Counted from the first letter of the stretch, positions 1 to 9,412 are shown. The stretch is DNA of 32,486 nucleotides from an uncultured bacterium (GCA_964012875.1 CAXGUU010000002.1:1-32486); one strand, 5' to 3'. Translations and numbers: made by a program. Notes: generated from the sequence alone by a model not told the origin.

Positions 1-1004
1 ACCACCATCAGGAAATCCGTGATCGCCAGGTCAACACCAAATACATTTGCAATAAACACCGTGGCAACGCCCTGCATAATGGCCGTGCCATCCATGTTGA
101 TAGTCGCACCCAGTGGGACCGTGAACGAGGCCACGGAATTATCGATACCAAGACGGAATTCCACGGTCCGCAGCGTAATCGGAATGGTCGCGCCAGAGCT
201 CGCTGTTGAAAACGCGAAGGTCGCCGGATCGCGCATCTTGCGCAGAAAGACAAGCGGGTTCAGGCCGGCCAGCGTGCGCAACAGAAGCGGATACACAATC
301 AGGGCATGCAGCGCGAGCGCGGCCGTCAGGGTCAGGAAATAACCGATCAGGGGGACGATCAGATCCATACCCTGGGTCGCAAACGTACGGGCGATCAGAG
401 CAAAAACGCCATAGGGCGCCAGACGCATGACGATTTCGACCATCTTCATGATCACGACGTCGAGATCACGAAACAGATTCAGCACATGCATACCGCGCTC
501 CCCCGACATCGTGATCGCGATCCCGAACATCAGAGCAAACACAATGATTTGCAGCATGTTGCCGTCGGCCATCGCCGCCACCGGGTTCGACGGCACAATG
601 TTGATCAAAACTTCAGACAACGGCGGCGCCTCCCGGCCACCAAATTCGACCGGTGAATCGCCCATGTCAAAACCTGAACCCGGGCCGACTGAAACTGCGA
701 GCGTGAGCGCGATGGTAATTGCCAGCATCGTTGTCAGCAGATACAGGCTGATGGCCTTGATACTCATTCTGCCGAGTGCGTTGAGATCTCCCAGCGCCGT
801 AATACCGACCACCAGCGAAACCAGCACCAGCGGGACCACCAGCATTTTCAGCGCCGCGATGAAAATTGCGCCGACGGTGTAAAACAGTCCATCGACAACA
901 TAGCGCTCGATGAATACAACATCCATTGCGCTCACATTCAGGATCACGCCGAGGATCGCGCCGATGATCATCGCGATCATGATTTGACGGGTCAGATTTT
1001 GCAT
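1..1004 (-). CDS. Dicarboxylate/amino acid:cation symporter (DAACS, GltP/DctA family); 3' end runs off the window
   Basis: Absent from the ORF track because it is open to the window edge. My reverse-strand translation from the ATG (complement of 1002-1004) reads MQNLTRQIMIAMIIGAILGV... and continues to position 1. It carries the family motifs FSTASSGATIPITL and PLGATINMDGTAIMQG and many hydrophobic helices. Confidence 0.85.
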   Translation of the reverse strand, partial: MQNLTRQIMIAMIIGAILGVILNVSAMDVVFIERYVVDGLFYTVGAIFIAALKMLVVPLVLVSLVVGITALGDLNALGRMSIKAISLYLLTTMLAITIALTLAVSVGPGSGFDMGDSPVEFGGREAPPLSEVLINIVPSNPVAAMADGNMLQIIVFALMFGIAITMSGERGMHVLNLFRDLDVVIMKMVEIVMRLAPYGVFALIARTFATQGMDLIVPLIGYFLTLTAALALHALIVYPLLLRTLAGLNPLVFLRKMRDPATFAFSTASSGATIPITLRTVEFRLGIDNSVASFTVPLGATINMDGTAIMQGVATVFIANVFGVDLAITDFLMV

Positions 1005-1023
1005 CTTGCGTTACCGGCCGCTT

Positions 1024-1887
1024 CTAATCCTTGAAGCCGATTGCCCGTCTGGTTGCTTCGGGCAGGCCGGTGGGGTCAATCAAAAAGTCGTACACCTTCG
1101 ACCAGTGCGTATGCGCCAGCTGGTGCAGGTGAAAAGCATTCTGCATGGCCACTTTTCTGCCCTGCGCATCCTGCGCACCGTTGATGGCCTTTTTCGTCAT
1201 CTTCAGCGCGAAGCGCGACTTGGCGGCGATCTTTCTCGCCATCTCGAGCGTTGCGTCCTCGAGCGCGTCCCGCGCCACGACCTTGTTGACCATGCCGAGT
1301 TGCAGGGCTTCGGCCGCCGTAATTTCGTCAGAAGTAAACAACATTTCCTTGGCTTTACGTGCGCCCACTTCCCAAAAATGATGGAAGTACTCAACGCCAC
1401 CGACGCCGAAGGATACGGTCGGATCAACGAAAATCGCATCGTCTGTCGCAATGATCAGATCGCAGGGCCAGGCCAGCATGAGCCCCCCGGCAATGCACTT
1501 GCCCTGCACCGCGGCAATCGTCGGTTTCGGAATATTGCGCCAACGTTCACTGAACCCTATGTAGATTTCTTCTTCGCGACTCATCTGCGCCTCCGCACCC
1601 TGGCAGGTGAAACCGCACATGGTGCCGACTGTTTCAAAGTCGCTCATGCGCTGATAGGGCTCTTTTTCGGCGAGATCGTGACCCGATGAGAAATGTTTAC
1701 CATTGGCGGCAAGCACAATGACACGGACGTCCTCGTCGTGCGCACCACGATCAAACGCGTCGTTTAACTCGTAGAGAAACTGGGTATCCTGCGCATTCGC
1801 CGTTTCCGGGCGATTGAGTGTGATGCGCGCGATACCGTCTTCGACGTTGTCGTACTCTATATAATGCGGTTCGGTCTTGGTGTCCAA
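1024..1887 (-). CDS. Enoyl-CoA hydratase/isomerase (crotonase) family protein
   Basis: 287-aa ORF. Crotonase-type segments are ARITLNRPETANA, VIVLAANGKHFSSGHDL and AAVQGKCIAGGLMLAWPCDLIIA. It ends 19 nt upstream of the DAACS start, so the two are probably co-transcribed. Confidence 0.9.
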   Translation of the reverse strand: MDTKTEPHYIEYDNVEDGIARITLNRPETANAQDTQFLYELNDAFDRGAHDEDVRVIVLAANGKHFSSGHDLAEKEPYQRMSDFETVGTMCGFTCQGAEAQMSREEEIYIGFSERWRNIPKPTIAAVQGKCIAGGLMLAWPCDLIIATDDAIFVDPTVSFGVGGVEYFHHFWEVGARKAKEMLFTSDEITAAEALQLGMVNKVVARDALEDATLEMARKIAAKSRFALKMTKKAINGAQDAQGRKVAMQNAFHLHQLAHTHWSKVYDFLIDPTGLPEATRRAIGFKD

Positions 1888-1988
1888 AATCTTTTCTCCT
1901 TGTGCTGTCTGGCACAGTCATTGGAAATGGCCGTCGCGCGAGCGGCTGTGTTGCGTATTTCGCGGTGCGTGCCTCACAGCAGCGTCGT

Positions 1989-3881
1989 TCAGGGTGTACC
2001 GGATCTGAAAGCCAGTAATACATTACCGGGCAGGCCACCCCATTTGCTGTAGCCCGATACGGTGTAAATCCAGCCGCCGGCCACAATGGGTCCGGTCGCG
2101 TCAAGCGCGCCGCCGCGTCCACTGGCACCGTTCACGGTTTCAAACTGGCGCGCGGTATTGAACGACCACAACACCTCGCCCGAATCAACATCGAACGCCC
2201 GCAGGTCACCACTCATGGAACCTGAAAACACCACGCCGGGGATAACGGTTACGGCCGCCGTTTGCGCCGGACTGCATTGCGGGCGGTCGCCACATTCGAT
2301 GCCCGGCGCCTCCCACAGCACTTCACCGCTGGCGAGATCGAGCGCGACCAGACCGCCGCCGGCATTGCGGTCGAGGGTAATGTCGGGATCCATCAGGTCC
2401 GGGTTTTCCCAATCGATATCGGCGATGGCGACATACAGGCGCTGGTCATCGACGGCGGGGCCCCACTCGATACCGCCGAGAATGCCGCCCTTGGCGATCT
2501 GCCGTTGCCACAGCAGGCGTCCGCCATCGTCCGGATCAAATGCGTGAACGACGCCGGACTTCTGCGCCCCGATCAAAATTTCCTTGCCGCTTTTAAGGCG
2601 CGCCAGAATGGGGGAACTGCCAAAATCAAAGTCCGGCCCGCTGTCCGCAGGGCAATTCACGGGGTTGTCCGTATTGCACGACATGTTCCACGCGTCACCC
2701 GCCAACCCCTGGAAGCTCCAGACCAGGCGGCCCGTATCGGTGCTGATCGCGAGGATGGCATCAGAGGTCTCCGTCGGCGGATTCGAATAATTCTCCCCGG
2801 TGCCGACATAGGCAAGGTGCCGCCCCTCGTCCCAGGTCGGTGCAGACCAGATTGTCGCGCCCGCCGGACCGAGTGTTTTCACACCATCGGGATTTACTCC
2901 GGTCACTTTCGCTTCCGGCACGGCGAAGTATTTCCAGTTCTGATGCCCGGTCGCCGGGTTCAACGAAGTCACGCTACCACGGAACTCACAGCACTCGAAC
3001 TCCGGATCGGCCGCAAGGTAGGACTCAGTTGAGGTCATGGGTACCAGCAGCTGACCGCCGGCAAGCTGCATTGATCCCATGATGCGTGCCGCCGGGTGCG
3101 ACTCCACGCGCACTTGCCACAACTCGTTGCCGCTGGCGGCATCAACGCCGTAACTGGTACCACCAAGATCGCTGAAATAGGCACCCAGGCGCTCACCATC
3201 GTTCCCGCGGTAAGGCGCAATCAGTACCGAACTTTTGACCGGCGCGCCCGCATCGAAGGTCCAGTACACGCAACCAGACTGTGCATCGAGGGCATACACA
3301 CGGCCACTCCGACTACCGACAAACAAACGCCCTCCGCTCAGGGTCGGCTGTGATTCAGCAATAGTCTCGCCGGGAAACGCAAACGCCCAGGCGAGTTCAA
3401 GTTTCGGCACCGATTGTTTGTCGAGCCCGGCGTCGGCAGCGGACTGAAAGCGCTGATTAGCCGGGCCGTTACCCCAGCCATGCCACTGCGGACCAGAGTG
3501 CTGCTGCTCGGCTGACCAGGTGCGGTCGTTGCAGTTTCGGGCAGGATCAGGCGACCAATCAGCTGAATAGGATTTTCCGGTCAGGTATTCCGCAACCGCA
3601 ACGCGTTCCGGGCCGTTTAAGTTAAAGGTACCGACCACGCGCATGGTGCCGGTCTCCAACGCCTTTACGATCGCCTGCGGGGAACGTTCAGCCAGCGTAG
3701 TTTTGCTCGGCATGCGTGGCGCGACCGTTTCATGACAGCTGGCGCATTCTTTGTGGTAGACAGTTTCGCCGTCTCGGGTTGCGGCGGCGACGCAGATTGA
3801 ACCAAGCGTTATTCCGCAAACCAAAAGCACGCTCAACGACTTCGACACAGATCGTCGCAGAAAGACTTTCGTCGAATGCAT
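1989..3881 (-). CDS. Cytochrome c-fused PQQ-dependent dehydrogenase, 8-bladed beta-propeller type (polyvinyl-alcohol dehydrogenase-like architecture)
   Basis: Heme c motif CASCH lies near the N-terminus, after a signal-like peptide (MHSTKVFLRRSVSKSLSVLLVCGITLGSICVAAA). This is followed by repeated propeller W motifs (GCVYWTFD, NELWQVRV, GRLVWSFQ, GRLLWQRQ, GEVLWEAP, GEVLWSFN). I chose the start at Met25 of the track ORF (3881) because it gives a proper signal peptide; 3953 is the alternative. Confidence 0.8.
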   Translation of the reverse strand: MHSTKVFLRRSVSKSLSVLLVCGITLGSICVAAATRDGETVYHKECASCHETVAPRMPSKTTLAERSPQAIVKALETGTMRVVGTFNLNGPERVAVAEYLTGKSYSADWSPDPARNCNDRTWSAEQQHSGPQWHGWGNGPANQRFQSAADAGLDKQSVPKLELAWAFAFPGETIAESQPTLSGGRLFVGSRSGRVYALDAQSGCVYWTFDAGAPVKSSVLIAPYRGNDGERLGAYFSDLGGTSYGVDAASGNELWQVRVESHPAARIMGSMQLAGGQLLVPMTSTESYLAADPEFECCEFRGSVTSLNPATGHQNWKYFAVPEAKVTGVNPDGVKTLGPAGATIWSAPTWDEGRHLAYVGTGENYSNPPTETSDAILAISTDTGRLVWSFQGLAGDAWNMSCNTDNPVNCPADSGPDFDFGSSPILARLKSGKEILIGAQKSGVVHAFDPDDGGRLLWQRQIAKGGILGGIEWGPAVDDQRLYVAIADIDWENPDLMDPDITLDRNAGGGLVALDLASGEVLWEAPGIECGDRPQCSPAQTAAVTVIPGVVFSGSMSGDLRAFDVDSGEVLWSFNTARQFETVNGASGRGGALDATGPIVAGGWIYTVSGYSKWGGLPGNVLLAFRSGTP

Positions 3882-3977
3882 CGGATTCAATCGGCCGGAG
3901 CAGGCGTATGCAGTGGGGAGCGAAGCAGAAGTAATTTGCATGTCAATGCGCATTCCGGCGCGGCGCTGCCGGGCCGA

Positions 3978-5144
3978 TTAAAGAAAAGCGAGATTCTGCT
4001 GGGCTGCCAGCACGGGCACCTCGTCCAGCCCCAGCTCACGACGCACAATATTTGCGCCACGGACCATCGCGATCATCTTGAAATAAGCATGCTTCCGACT
4101 AATACCTTGACGACCGAACCCGCAATCACTGGAGAGAATCAAGCGTTCTGGATCAATCACTGTGATCGCCTTACGGATGTCTGCGGCAATTTCTTCGGGT
4201 GTTTCGATTTGAAGCGTACGGTGAGAAATGACCCCAAGCGCGATTTTCTTATCTTTGCTGATCGCTGACGCGACTTCATTTAACTCGAGGAAATTGGCGT
4301 ATTTCATTTCGAAGGTAATAACGTCAACATCGATCTGCTCCAGATAGGGCAAAACCGGAGCGTAGCGTGAGTCATAACCGAGGTTTTGTGCGAACGGGTT
4401 ACCCCAGCAGGTATGTGCCCATACTTCAGTCTTATCGCGTAACCCGGCGACTTCGCGATTAAAGGCCTCAACATACACATCGCCGGGAACTTCCCAATCG
4501 ACATCTTCCACAAAGTGAAAGCAGGGCTCCTCGATTTGAATGACCGGACAGCCCGCGTCCGCCAGTGCATGCCATTCCTGGTTCTTCGCCGCAGATAGTG
4601 CCATCACCGTCTCGGCGCGATCAGCGTAGTACTCGTTAACCACCAACATATCTACCAACTGAGCCGAGCAGGCACCAAACTTGACCGGTTTATGCGACAG
4701 GCCCTGCGCAATTTTCCAGGTGAAATCGTAGTCTAGGGTGCCCCGGTCAACGGGTCCTGTGACACGCGGCGGCAGCCGCGTGACCATGATTTCATGAAAA
4801 ATATCTCCGGCTTGTTCTTCACGCGGGGACCCTCCGAACGGAAGCGAGCGCAATGCTGCATCTTCAATGCCGCCCATTCGATCGTATATGTAGCCAAACC
4901 ACGCACGTCCGCCGATATCCATGTCGAAACGCATATCGCCATCGGTGACGATGTCAAGACCGGCAGCGTGTTGATCGGCAAGACAACAGGCGACGGCGTC
5001 GTGATACTGCTCGTGAAATTTGAAGTCGCCCAGATAAGCGCTCGACATAGCTCTACCTTGCAGGTTTTCCAAAAACCAATGAGGCCGCGGCAATGAGCCG
5101 GTAATAGTAGTTTGCAAAGCCTTGTCCCGACTCACCGTTAGCAT
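3978..5144 (-). CDS. Cobalamin-independent methionine synthase C-terminal-domain-like (MetE/UROD-fold) Zn-dependent alkyltransferase family protein
   Basis: Single-domain MetE-like protein of 388 aa. The N-terminus has TITGSLPRPHWF. Putative Zn ligands sit in VWAHTCWGN (H-x-C) and ILSSDCGFGRQG. The start at 5144 is preceded by AGGAGG 8 nt upstream; the longer track ORF (to 5246) has no such site. Confidence 0.8.
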   Translation of the reverse strand: MLTVSRDKALQTTITGSLPRPHWFLENLQGRAMSSAYLGDFKFHEQYHDAVACCLADQHAAGLDIVTDGDMRFDMDIGGRAWFGYIYDRMGGIEDAALRSLPFGGSPREEQAGDIFHEIMVTRLPPRVTGPVDRGTLDYDFTWKIAQGLSHKPVKFGACSAQLVDMLVVNEYYADRAETVMALSAAKNQEWHALADAGCPVIQIEEPCFHFVEDVDWEVPGDVYVEAFNREVAGLRDKTEVWAHTCWGNPFAQNLGYDSRYAPVLPYLEQIDVDVITFEMKYANFLELNEVASAISKDKKIALGVISHRTLQIETPEEIAADIRKAITVIDPERLILSSDCGFGRQGISRKHAYFKMIAMVRGANIVRRELGLDEVPVLAAQQNLAFL

Positions 5145-5471
5145 CGTTCTTATCCTCCTGTATCCAAGTACTATTGGATATCTTATCGCTCGACCTGCGC
5201 AAGCGGCGTTCAAATCATCCGCCTGCCGGGAAAAAACTGCTTCCACCGATTAATCGAGCCGTCCTAGAATGCACGCCACAGGGTTTATCTTGAAAAACGA
5301 TTGTTCGTGGCGGGCGGTACTTCAGAAAGCGGTTCTCACGACACGAATCAGTGACCCTCGCGAAACAGAAGGCAGCGTTGCCAGCAGACTGCACCACCAT
5401 TTTCAAAAATTTTCCCTGCTAACTTCCGAGCAAGTGAGCTCGTTTCTCAGCTCAATCTGAAGGAAAACCGT

Positions 5472-7115
5472 ATGGCAATTGACGTCGAGAATTTCAGGCA
5501 ACGACGCAACGACGAGCGCTGGAACCGGATGGCCGTGGGCGACATCATCGAACGGATGACCTATAACGAGCCCGACAAGATTGCGCTCATCACAACGCCG
5601 GACGCCACGGTTAATCCAGACTACGGCCGCGTCACCTACGCTGAAGCGAATTCGATCATCAATCGCGTGGCCAATGCGCTGCTCTCTCGCGGTCTTGCGC
5701 CGGCGACCCGTATCGCAATGCTCTGCAACAACTCCAACGAAGCATGGCTGACCAAGCTTGGCATCGCCAAAGCCGGCATGGTCGCAGCGCCCATAAATGT
5801 GATGATGGCGCCGGATGTAATCGGGGAATGCCTGCTGCATGTCGACGCCAGACTCGCCATCGTCGATGAAGACCTGTGGCAGGCGTTGAAAGAAACTTTA
5901 GCGCCTGTCGGAATTGAACCCATCATGTCGATTGGCAGCGGTGCTGCGGGCGCAGCACCGAGTTTCGAAACCTTTATCAACGGCCAGCAGGCAGAAGCGC
6001 CGGACGTCACCATTCACGGCGATGACATTTGGGAAATATTATTCACATCAGGCACAACCGCGCGACCCAAGGCCGTCATGATTTCGCACACCTATACCTA
6101 CATGACTGCCTACAGCCACATGCTGACCATGACCCGTGGAATCAACCATGAAAGCGAAATCCGACTGGCGACATTTACGCCGATGGTGTTTCATATCGGC
6201 GATCACATTTGCGTATTCGGACCACTCGTGTGCGGTGGTACGGCGATTGTCGGGCGTAAACCTGAGGGCCCGCTCATGGCGGAAACCTGTACCAGGGAAC
6301 GGGTCACCTGCCTCTTTGGTGGCTCACCCCAGTTTGTTGAGAGCGTGGTGCGCGCAGTGGAGGAAACGCCGTTTGCGTACGACCTTTCGAGCATTACCGT
6401 CATGTTCTTCGGCTGGGCGCCCATGGCGCCGGGCTCGCTGGCCTCGTTTCGCAAGCTGTGTTCAGACAGTGTAAAAATCTACGAGATCATCGGCCAGACT
6501 GAAGCGGTCGCCTGCCATCGCTTTTTCGTCGATCGCCATACTGACCTCTATTTACGCGAAGCACCGGCGATCAATCACGTCGGCAAACCGAGTCCCATCA
6601 TGGCCTCAACCGTATTTGACGATGAGGACAAGGATCTGCGTGGGCAGAAAGGTGTTGCCGGCGAAGCCGTATATCGCTCGCCAGCCATGTTCTCCGGCTA
6701 CTACCGCGACGAGGCCGCAACCCGGGAAGCCGTCAAGAACGACTGGTTCCACAGCGGCGACAGCTTTGAATTCCACGATGAAGACATTCGCATTATGGTC
6801 GATCGCTACAAGGACATCGTGAAATCCGGGGGGGAGAATGTTTCCAGCATCCGGGTTGAAGCCGTACTGCAACAACACCCCGCTGTGAACCGCGCGGCCG
6901 TGGTCGGGCTGCCCGATGATCGCTGGGGTGAGGCTGTGGTCGCCTGCGTCATCCCGGAACCGGGCGTCGAATTTGACGTCCAGGCGATCATCGCCTTTGC
7001 GCGCGAACGACTGGCTGGTTTCGAGACACCGAAACGCCTTGAACGGGTTGACGAATTTCCGACCACTGTCGGGGGTAAGATTCTGAAGTACAAACTTCGG
7101 CAGGCTCTCGGCTAG
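5472..7115 (+). CDS. AMP-dependent acyl-CoA synthetase/ligase (ANL superfamily)
   Basis: AMP-binding motif LFTSGTTARPKAVMISH, plus WFHSGDSFEF and DRYKDIVKSGGENVSS near the C-terminus. An AAGGA Shine-Dalgarno lies about 9 nt upstream of the ATG. Confidence 0.9.
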   Translation: MAIDVENFRQRRNDERWNRMAVGDIIERMTYNEPDKIALITTPDATVNPDYGRVTYAEANSIINRVANALLSRGLAPATRIAMLCNNSNEAWLTKLGIAKAGMVAAPINVMMAPDVIGECLLHVDARLAIVDEDLWQALKETLAPVGIEPIMSIGSGAAGAAPSFETFINGQQAEAPDVTIHGDDIWEILFTSGTTARPKAVMISHTYTYMTAYSHMLTMTRGINHESEIRLATFTPMVFHIGDHICVFGPLVCGGTAIVGRKPEGPLMAETCTRERVTCLFGGSPQFVESVVRAVEETPFAYDLSSITVMFFGWAPMAPGSLASFRKLCSDSVKIYEIIGQTEAVACHRFFVDRHTDLYLREAPAINHVGKPSPIMASTVFDDEDKDLRGQKGVAGEAVYRSPAMFSGYYRDEAATREAVKNDWFHSGDSFEFHDEDIRIMVDRYKDIVKSGGENVSSIRVEAVLQQHPAVNRAAVVGLPDDRWGEAVVACVIPEPGVEFDVQAIIAFARERLAGFETPKRLERVDEFPTTVGGKILKYKLRQALG

Positions 7116-7199
7116 GATGCTTCACATTTGCCATGGTGCCGGCACAGAGTTCCCTGTCGGTTTTGTGCGCTTGCACTCGGAGCGCCGTGTGAATTTGTA

Positions 7200-7472
7200 A
7201 TGAGTTCGTCCCAGTGCTGGTTTGTGTACATCGTGCAGTGCGCCGACGACACGCTGTACACCGGGGTCACGACGGCGCTGGAGCGGCGCGTGGCGCAGCA
7301 CAACGCCGGCACCGGAGCTCGTTATACGCGCCAGCGGCGACCCGTCAGCCTGCTGTATTACGAACGTGCTGCCAATCGCAGCCTGGCGCAAACACGGGAA
7401 GCGGCGATCAAACGCCTTTCGGCGAGTCACAAACGCGCCCTCGCCACACGAGACCAAACGACGTTTTCGTAA
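7200..7472 (+). CDS. GIY-YIG nuclease superfamily protein (small YhbQ/UPF0213-like)
   Basis: [31 protein letters not shown]...YYE matches the GIY-YIG core. The start is taken at the internal ATG 7200, giving 90 aa, the typical size; the track ORF begins at 7128. Confidence 0.75.
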   Translation: MSSSQCWFVYIVQCADDTLYTGVTTALERRVAQHNAGTGARYTRQRRPVSLLYYERAANRSLAQTREAAIKRLSASHKRALATRDQTTFS

Positions 7473-7511
7473 GCAGCCTGAAAACCGCGGTCTGACCCCT
7501 GCCCCTCTGCA

Positions 7512-7982
7512 TTAATCAGGCAACGCAATCATTGCGAACATTGCCGGTTCATCGCTGACCACGTGCGAATCGTGGCCACGGCCGCGGGTATCCTCAAGCA
7601 ACAGAATGTCACCTCTTTTAAACATGCGTTTCTCGCCGGACTCCACTTCGACGGTGATCGCACCCGCCAGCATAATCACGTATTGACGCCGCGGAGTCGG
7701 GTGCCAATCAGTAACCCAGCTTCGATCGGCGGTGGTCAATAGGAAGGTTTTGGCCTCAGTCACCGGGGATACGCCGATAGGCCCCGAGGGAGGCGCGAAT
7801 GCCTTGACCTCGAATGCCATTGTGTCATCTGCAAAATAGGACCGATCGTCGTCGTCCATAGCAATCCGGGTGATCGCCACCGAATCGCGTGGCGCTTTCG
7901 CCTTGACTACTTCGTCGGCAATGACTGCGAGTGGCAAGTTGATCAAAACAGTTACGCTGACAAACAGGCAAAGTCGTTTCAT
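7512..7982 (-). CDS. Secreted cupin-domain protein
   Basis: Signal-like N-terminus MKRLCLFVSVTVLINLPLAVIA. The C-terminal beta-barrel-like segment WHPTPRRQYVIMLAGAITVEVESGEKRMFKRGDILLLEDTRGRGH is cupin-like. GGAG lies 8 nt upstream of ATG 7982. Confidence 0.6.
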   Translation of the reverse strand: MKRLCLFVSVTVLINLPLAVIADEVVKAKAPRDSVAITRIAMDDDDRSYFADDTMAFEVKAFAPPSGPIGVSPVTEAKTFLLTTADRSWVTDWHPTPRRQYVIMLAGAITVEVESGEKRMFKRGDILLLEDTRGRGHDSHVVSDEPAMFAMIALPD

Positions 7983-8084
7983 TTGTGTCTCCAGTGGATC
8001 AGGCATACGCATTCGATATGCTCTAAATCATAACGAAATTGATACGAATCGCATTTTTCCAGGCCCAATTTTCGCCGCACACAC

Positions 8085-9299
8085 CTAGTGGTGCTTTGCC
8101 GCCAAATCGGCATGATGTGGAAATGCGACCTGTGCGAAGAGCGACATCAGCATGAACAGGAACAGCATTAGGGCAAGGTAACGTGCATCGCCAAGATCGA
8201 GCAGTCCGACGAGGTAGCCGGAAAATCCGCCGAAGAATTGCTGCATAACCCCCGCGACCGCCGCTGCCGCACCGGCCAGGGCCGGCACCACGCTGACCGT
8301 GCCGGCAAGCGTCGACGGCATGAGCAAACCGTGACCGAAGCCGAGGCCGAACAGCGGCAAGGTCACCGCAAGGGCAGAGTGGATGCCGTTTATTGCGAGC
8401 AGCCACGCGAGTCCGATACCCAACAAGGTCACGATCTGCCCGGCATACATCAGCCGCTTTTCGGGTACCCGCCGAATGAGCCGAGTCGTCATGAAATTTC
8501 CAGCAATGTAGGACAGCGGCACAATGGCGATGTACCAGCCAACCTCCGCCGGTCCAACACCGTAATTAGCGAGTACGACGGGAAAACCCGCTAGAAAAAC
8601 GTAGAACGAACCGGTGCACATCGACAGGATCATGCAGAGTCCCAAAAATTCCGGGACCCTGATTACTTGGCCATAGGCGCTCAGCATGTCCTTGAGCCAA
8701 TGTGGCCGGTCATGATGCTCGTCGGCCGCACGTGGCAGCAACACCGCATTGGAGACCGCCAGCACAAGGGCCAGTGCCGCGGCAACGGCGAACGTGGCCC
8801 GCCAGCCGAACAGTACGTGCAACCGGCCACCGAGTATGGTCGCGAAGGGCGGGCATAGGCCCATCACCATGCCAACATAGGCCATGACCCACGGCTTGTC
8901 AGGCCCGGCGAAGAAATCCTGCACCATGGCGCGCCCCACCACGATACCCGCAGAGACGCCCGCACCCTGCACTAGGCGCGCGCCGATCAGCATGGTCAGG
9001 CTCTGACTCACCATCGCGAGAAGCGAGCCTACGACCGCGACTGACAATCCGAACACGATCACACGCCGGCGTCCATAGATGTCGGACAAAGGGCCGTAAA
9101 ACAGCTGGGCGCCTCCGAATCCGATGACGAAGGCGCTGAAACTCAGCTGCACCTGCGCCTGGCTCGCCCCGAAAACCCCACTCCATTCTGCCATTGACGG
9201 CAGGCACACCGTCATCGCAAACAATCCGAGCGCGATCGAGCCCAGCAAATTTGCGATCAACAGACGGCTGGCGGCCTGCGGTGGCGAGGTAGACGACAT
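8085..9299 (-). CDS. MFS transporter, Bcr/CflA-like drug/metabolite efflux family
   Basis: About 12 hydrophobic helices and MFS motif A GPLSDIYGRRRVI. The start at ATG 9299 (MSSTSPPQAASRLL...) puts TM1 at the usual distance. The longer track ORF (to 9446) would read through the intergenic inverted repeat. Confidence 0.85.
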   Translation of the reverse strand: MSSTSPPQAASRLLIANLLGSIALGLFAMTVCLPSMAEWSGVFGASQAQVQLSFSAFVIGFGGAQLFYGPLSDIYGRRRVIVFGLSVAVVGSLLAMVSQSLTMLIGARLVQGAGVSAGIVVGRAMVQDFFAGPDKPWVMAYVGMVMGLCPPFATILGGRLHVLFGWRATFAVAAALALVLAVSNAVLLPRAADEHHDRPHWLKDMLSAYGQVIRVPEFLGLCMILSMCTGSFYVFLAGFPVVLANYGVGPAEVGWYIAIVPLSYIAGNFMTTRLIRRVPEKRLMYAGQIVTLLGIGLAWLLAINGIHSALAVTLPLFGLGFGHGLLMPSTLAGTVSVVPALAGAAAAVAGVMQQFFGGFSGYLVGLLDLGDARYLALMLFLFMLMSLFAQVAFPHHADLAAKHH

Positions 9300-9302
9300 G
9301 TC

Positions 9303-9387
9303 GGGGACAGTATATTTAATTTGGAAGCTCCGATTGGCGCCTTTTCGGGCGCAAGGATAATCGAGCTGAATTAAATATACTGTCCCC
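9303..9387. repeat. Perfect 19-bp inverted repeat (GGGGACAGTATATTTAATT / AATTAAATATACTGTCCCC) with a 47-nt spacer, in a divergent promoter region
   Basis: The arms at 9303-9321 and 9369-9387 are exact reverse complements. The spacer contains a small GC hairpin (GCGCC-ttttcg-GGCGC). Each arm, read toward its flanking gene, contains a TATACT -10-like hexamer. A third GTCCCCAAC copy lies at about 9400-9408. Confidence 0.9.
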
Positions 9388-9412
9388 CAACTTATTCCGT
9401 CCCCAACAATGG

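Noticed and set aside
3882-3953. N-terminal extensions of track ORFs: PQQ dehydrogenase to 3953, MetE-like to 5246, MFS to 9446, aminotransferase from 12768, BVMO from 27235, SDR to 24892, kinase to 12049
   Set aside because: The extensions lack family similarity, overlap neighbouring genes or the intergenic repeat, and have no ribosome-binding sites. Internal starts give canonical protein lengths and most have good Shine-Dalgarno sequences.
5145-5471. Possible cobalamin or SAM riboswitch upstream of the MetE-like gene
   Set aside because: The minus-strand leader has loose resemblances (CGUGAGAACCGC, GCCCGCCACGA). It lacks the AGGGAA / GCCACUG core and the B12-box arrangement, so I cannot support a riboswitch by eye. 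An Infernal scan with RF00174 and the SAM families would settle it.
7200-7472. GIY-YIG nuclease as part of a defence or mobile (homing endonuclease) system
   Set aside because: It is the small stand-alone YhbQ-like form of 90 aa with no DNA-binding extension. It has no partner genes (methylase, ATPase, toxin/antitoxin) and no interrupted host gene around it.
8011-8022. 12-mer ATTCGATATGCT shared between 8011-8022 and 12089-12100
   Set aside because: Dozens of exact 12-mer coincidences are expected by chance in a 32-kb window, and the flanks do not extend the match.
9303-9387. The 19-bp inverted repeat as the termini of an IS element or MITE
   Set aside because: There is no transposase in the window, the element would be only 85 bp, and the flanking bases (CGACATGTC / CAACTTATT) show no target-site duplication. 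It is kept as a regulatory or structural repeat, although dispersed copies elsewhere would revive the MITE idea.
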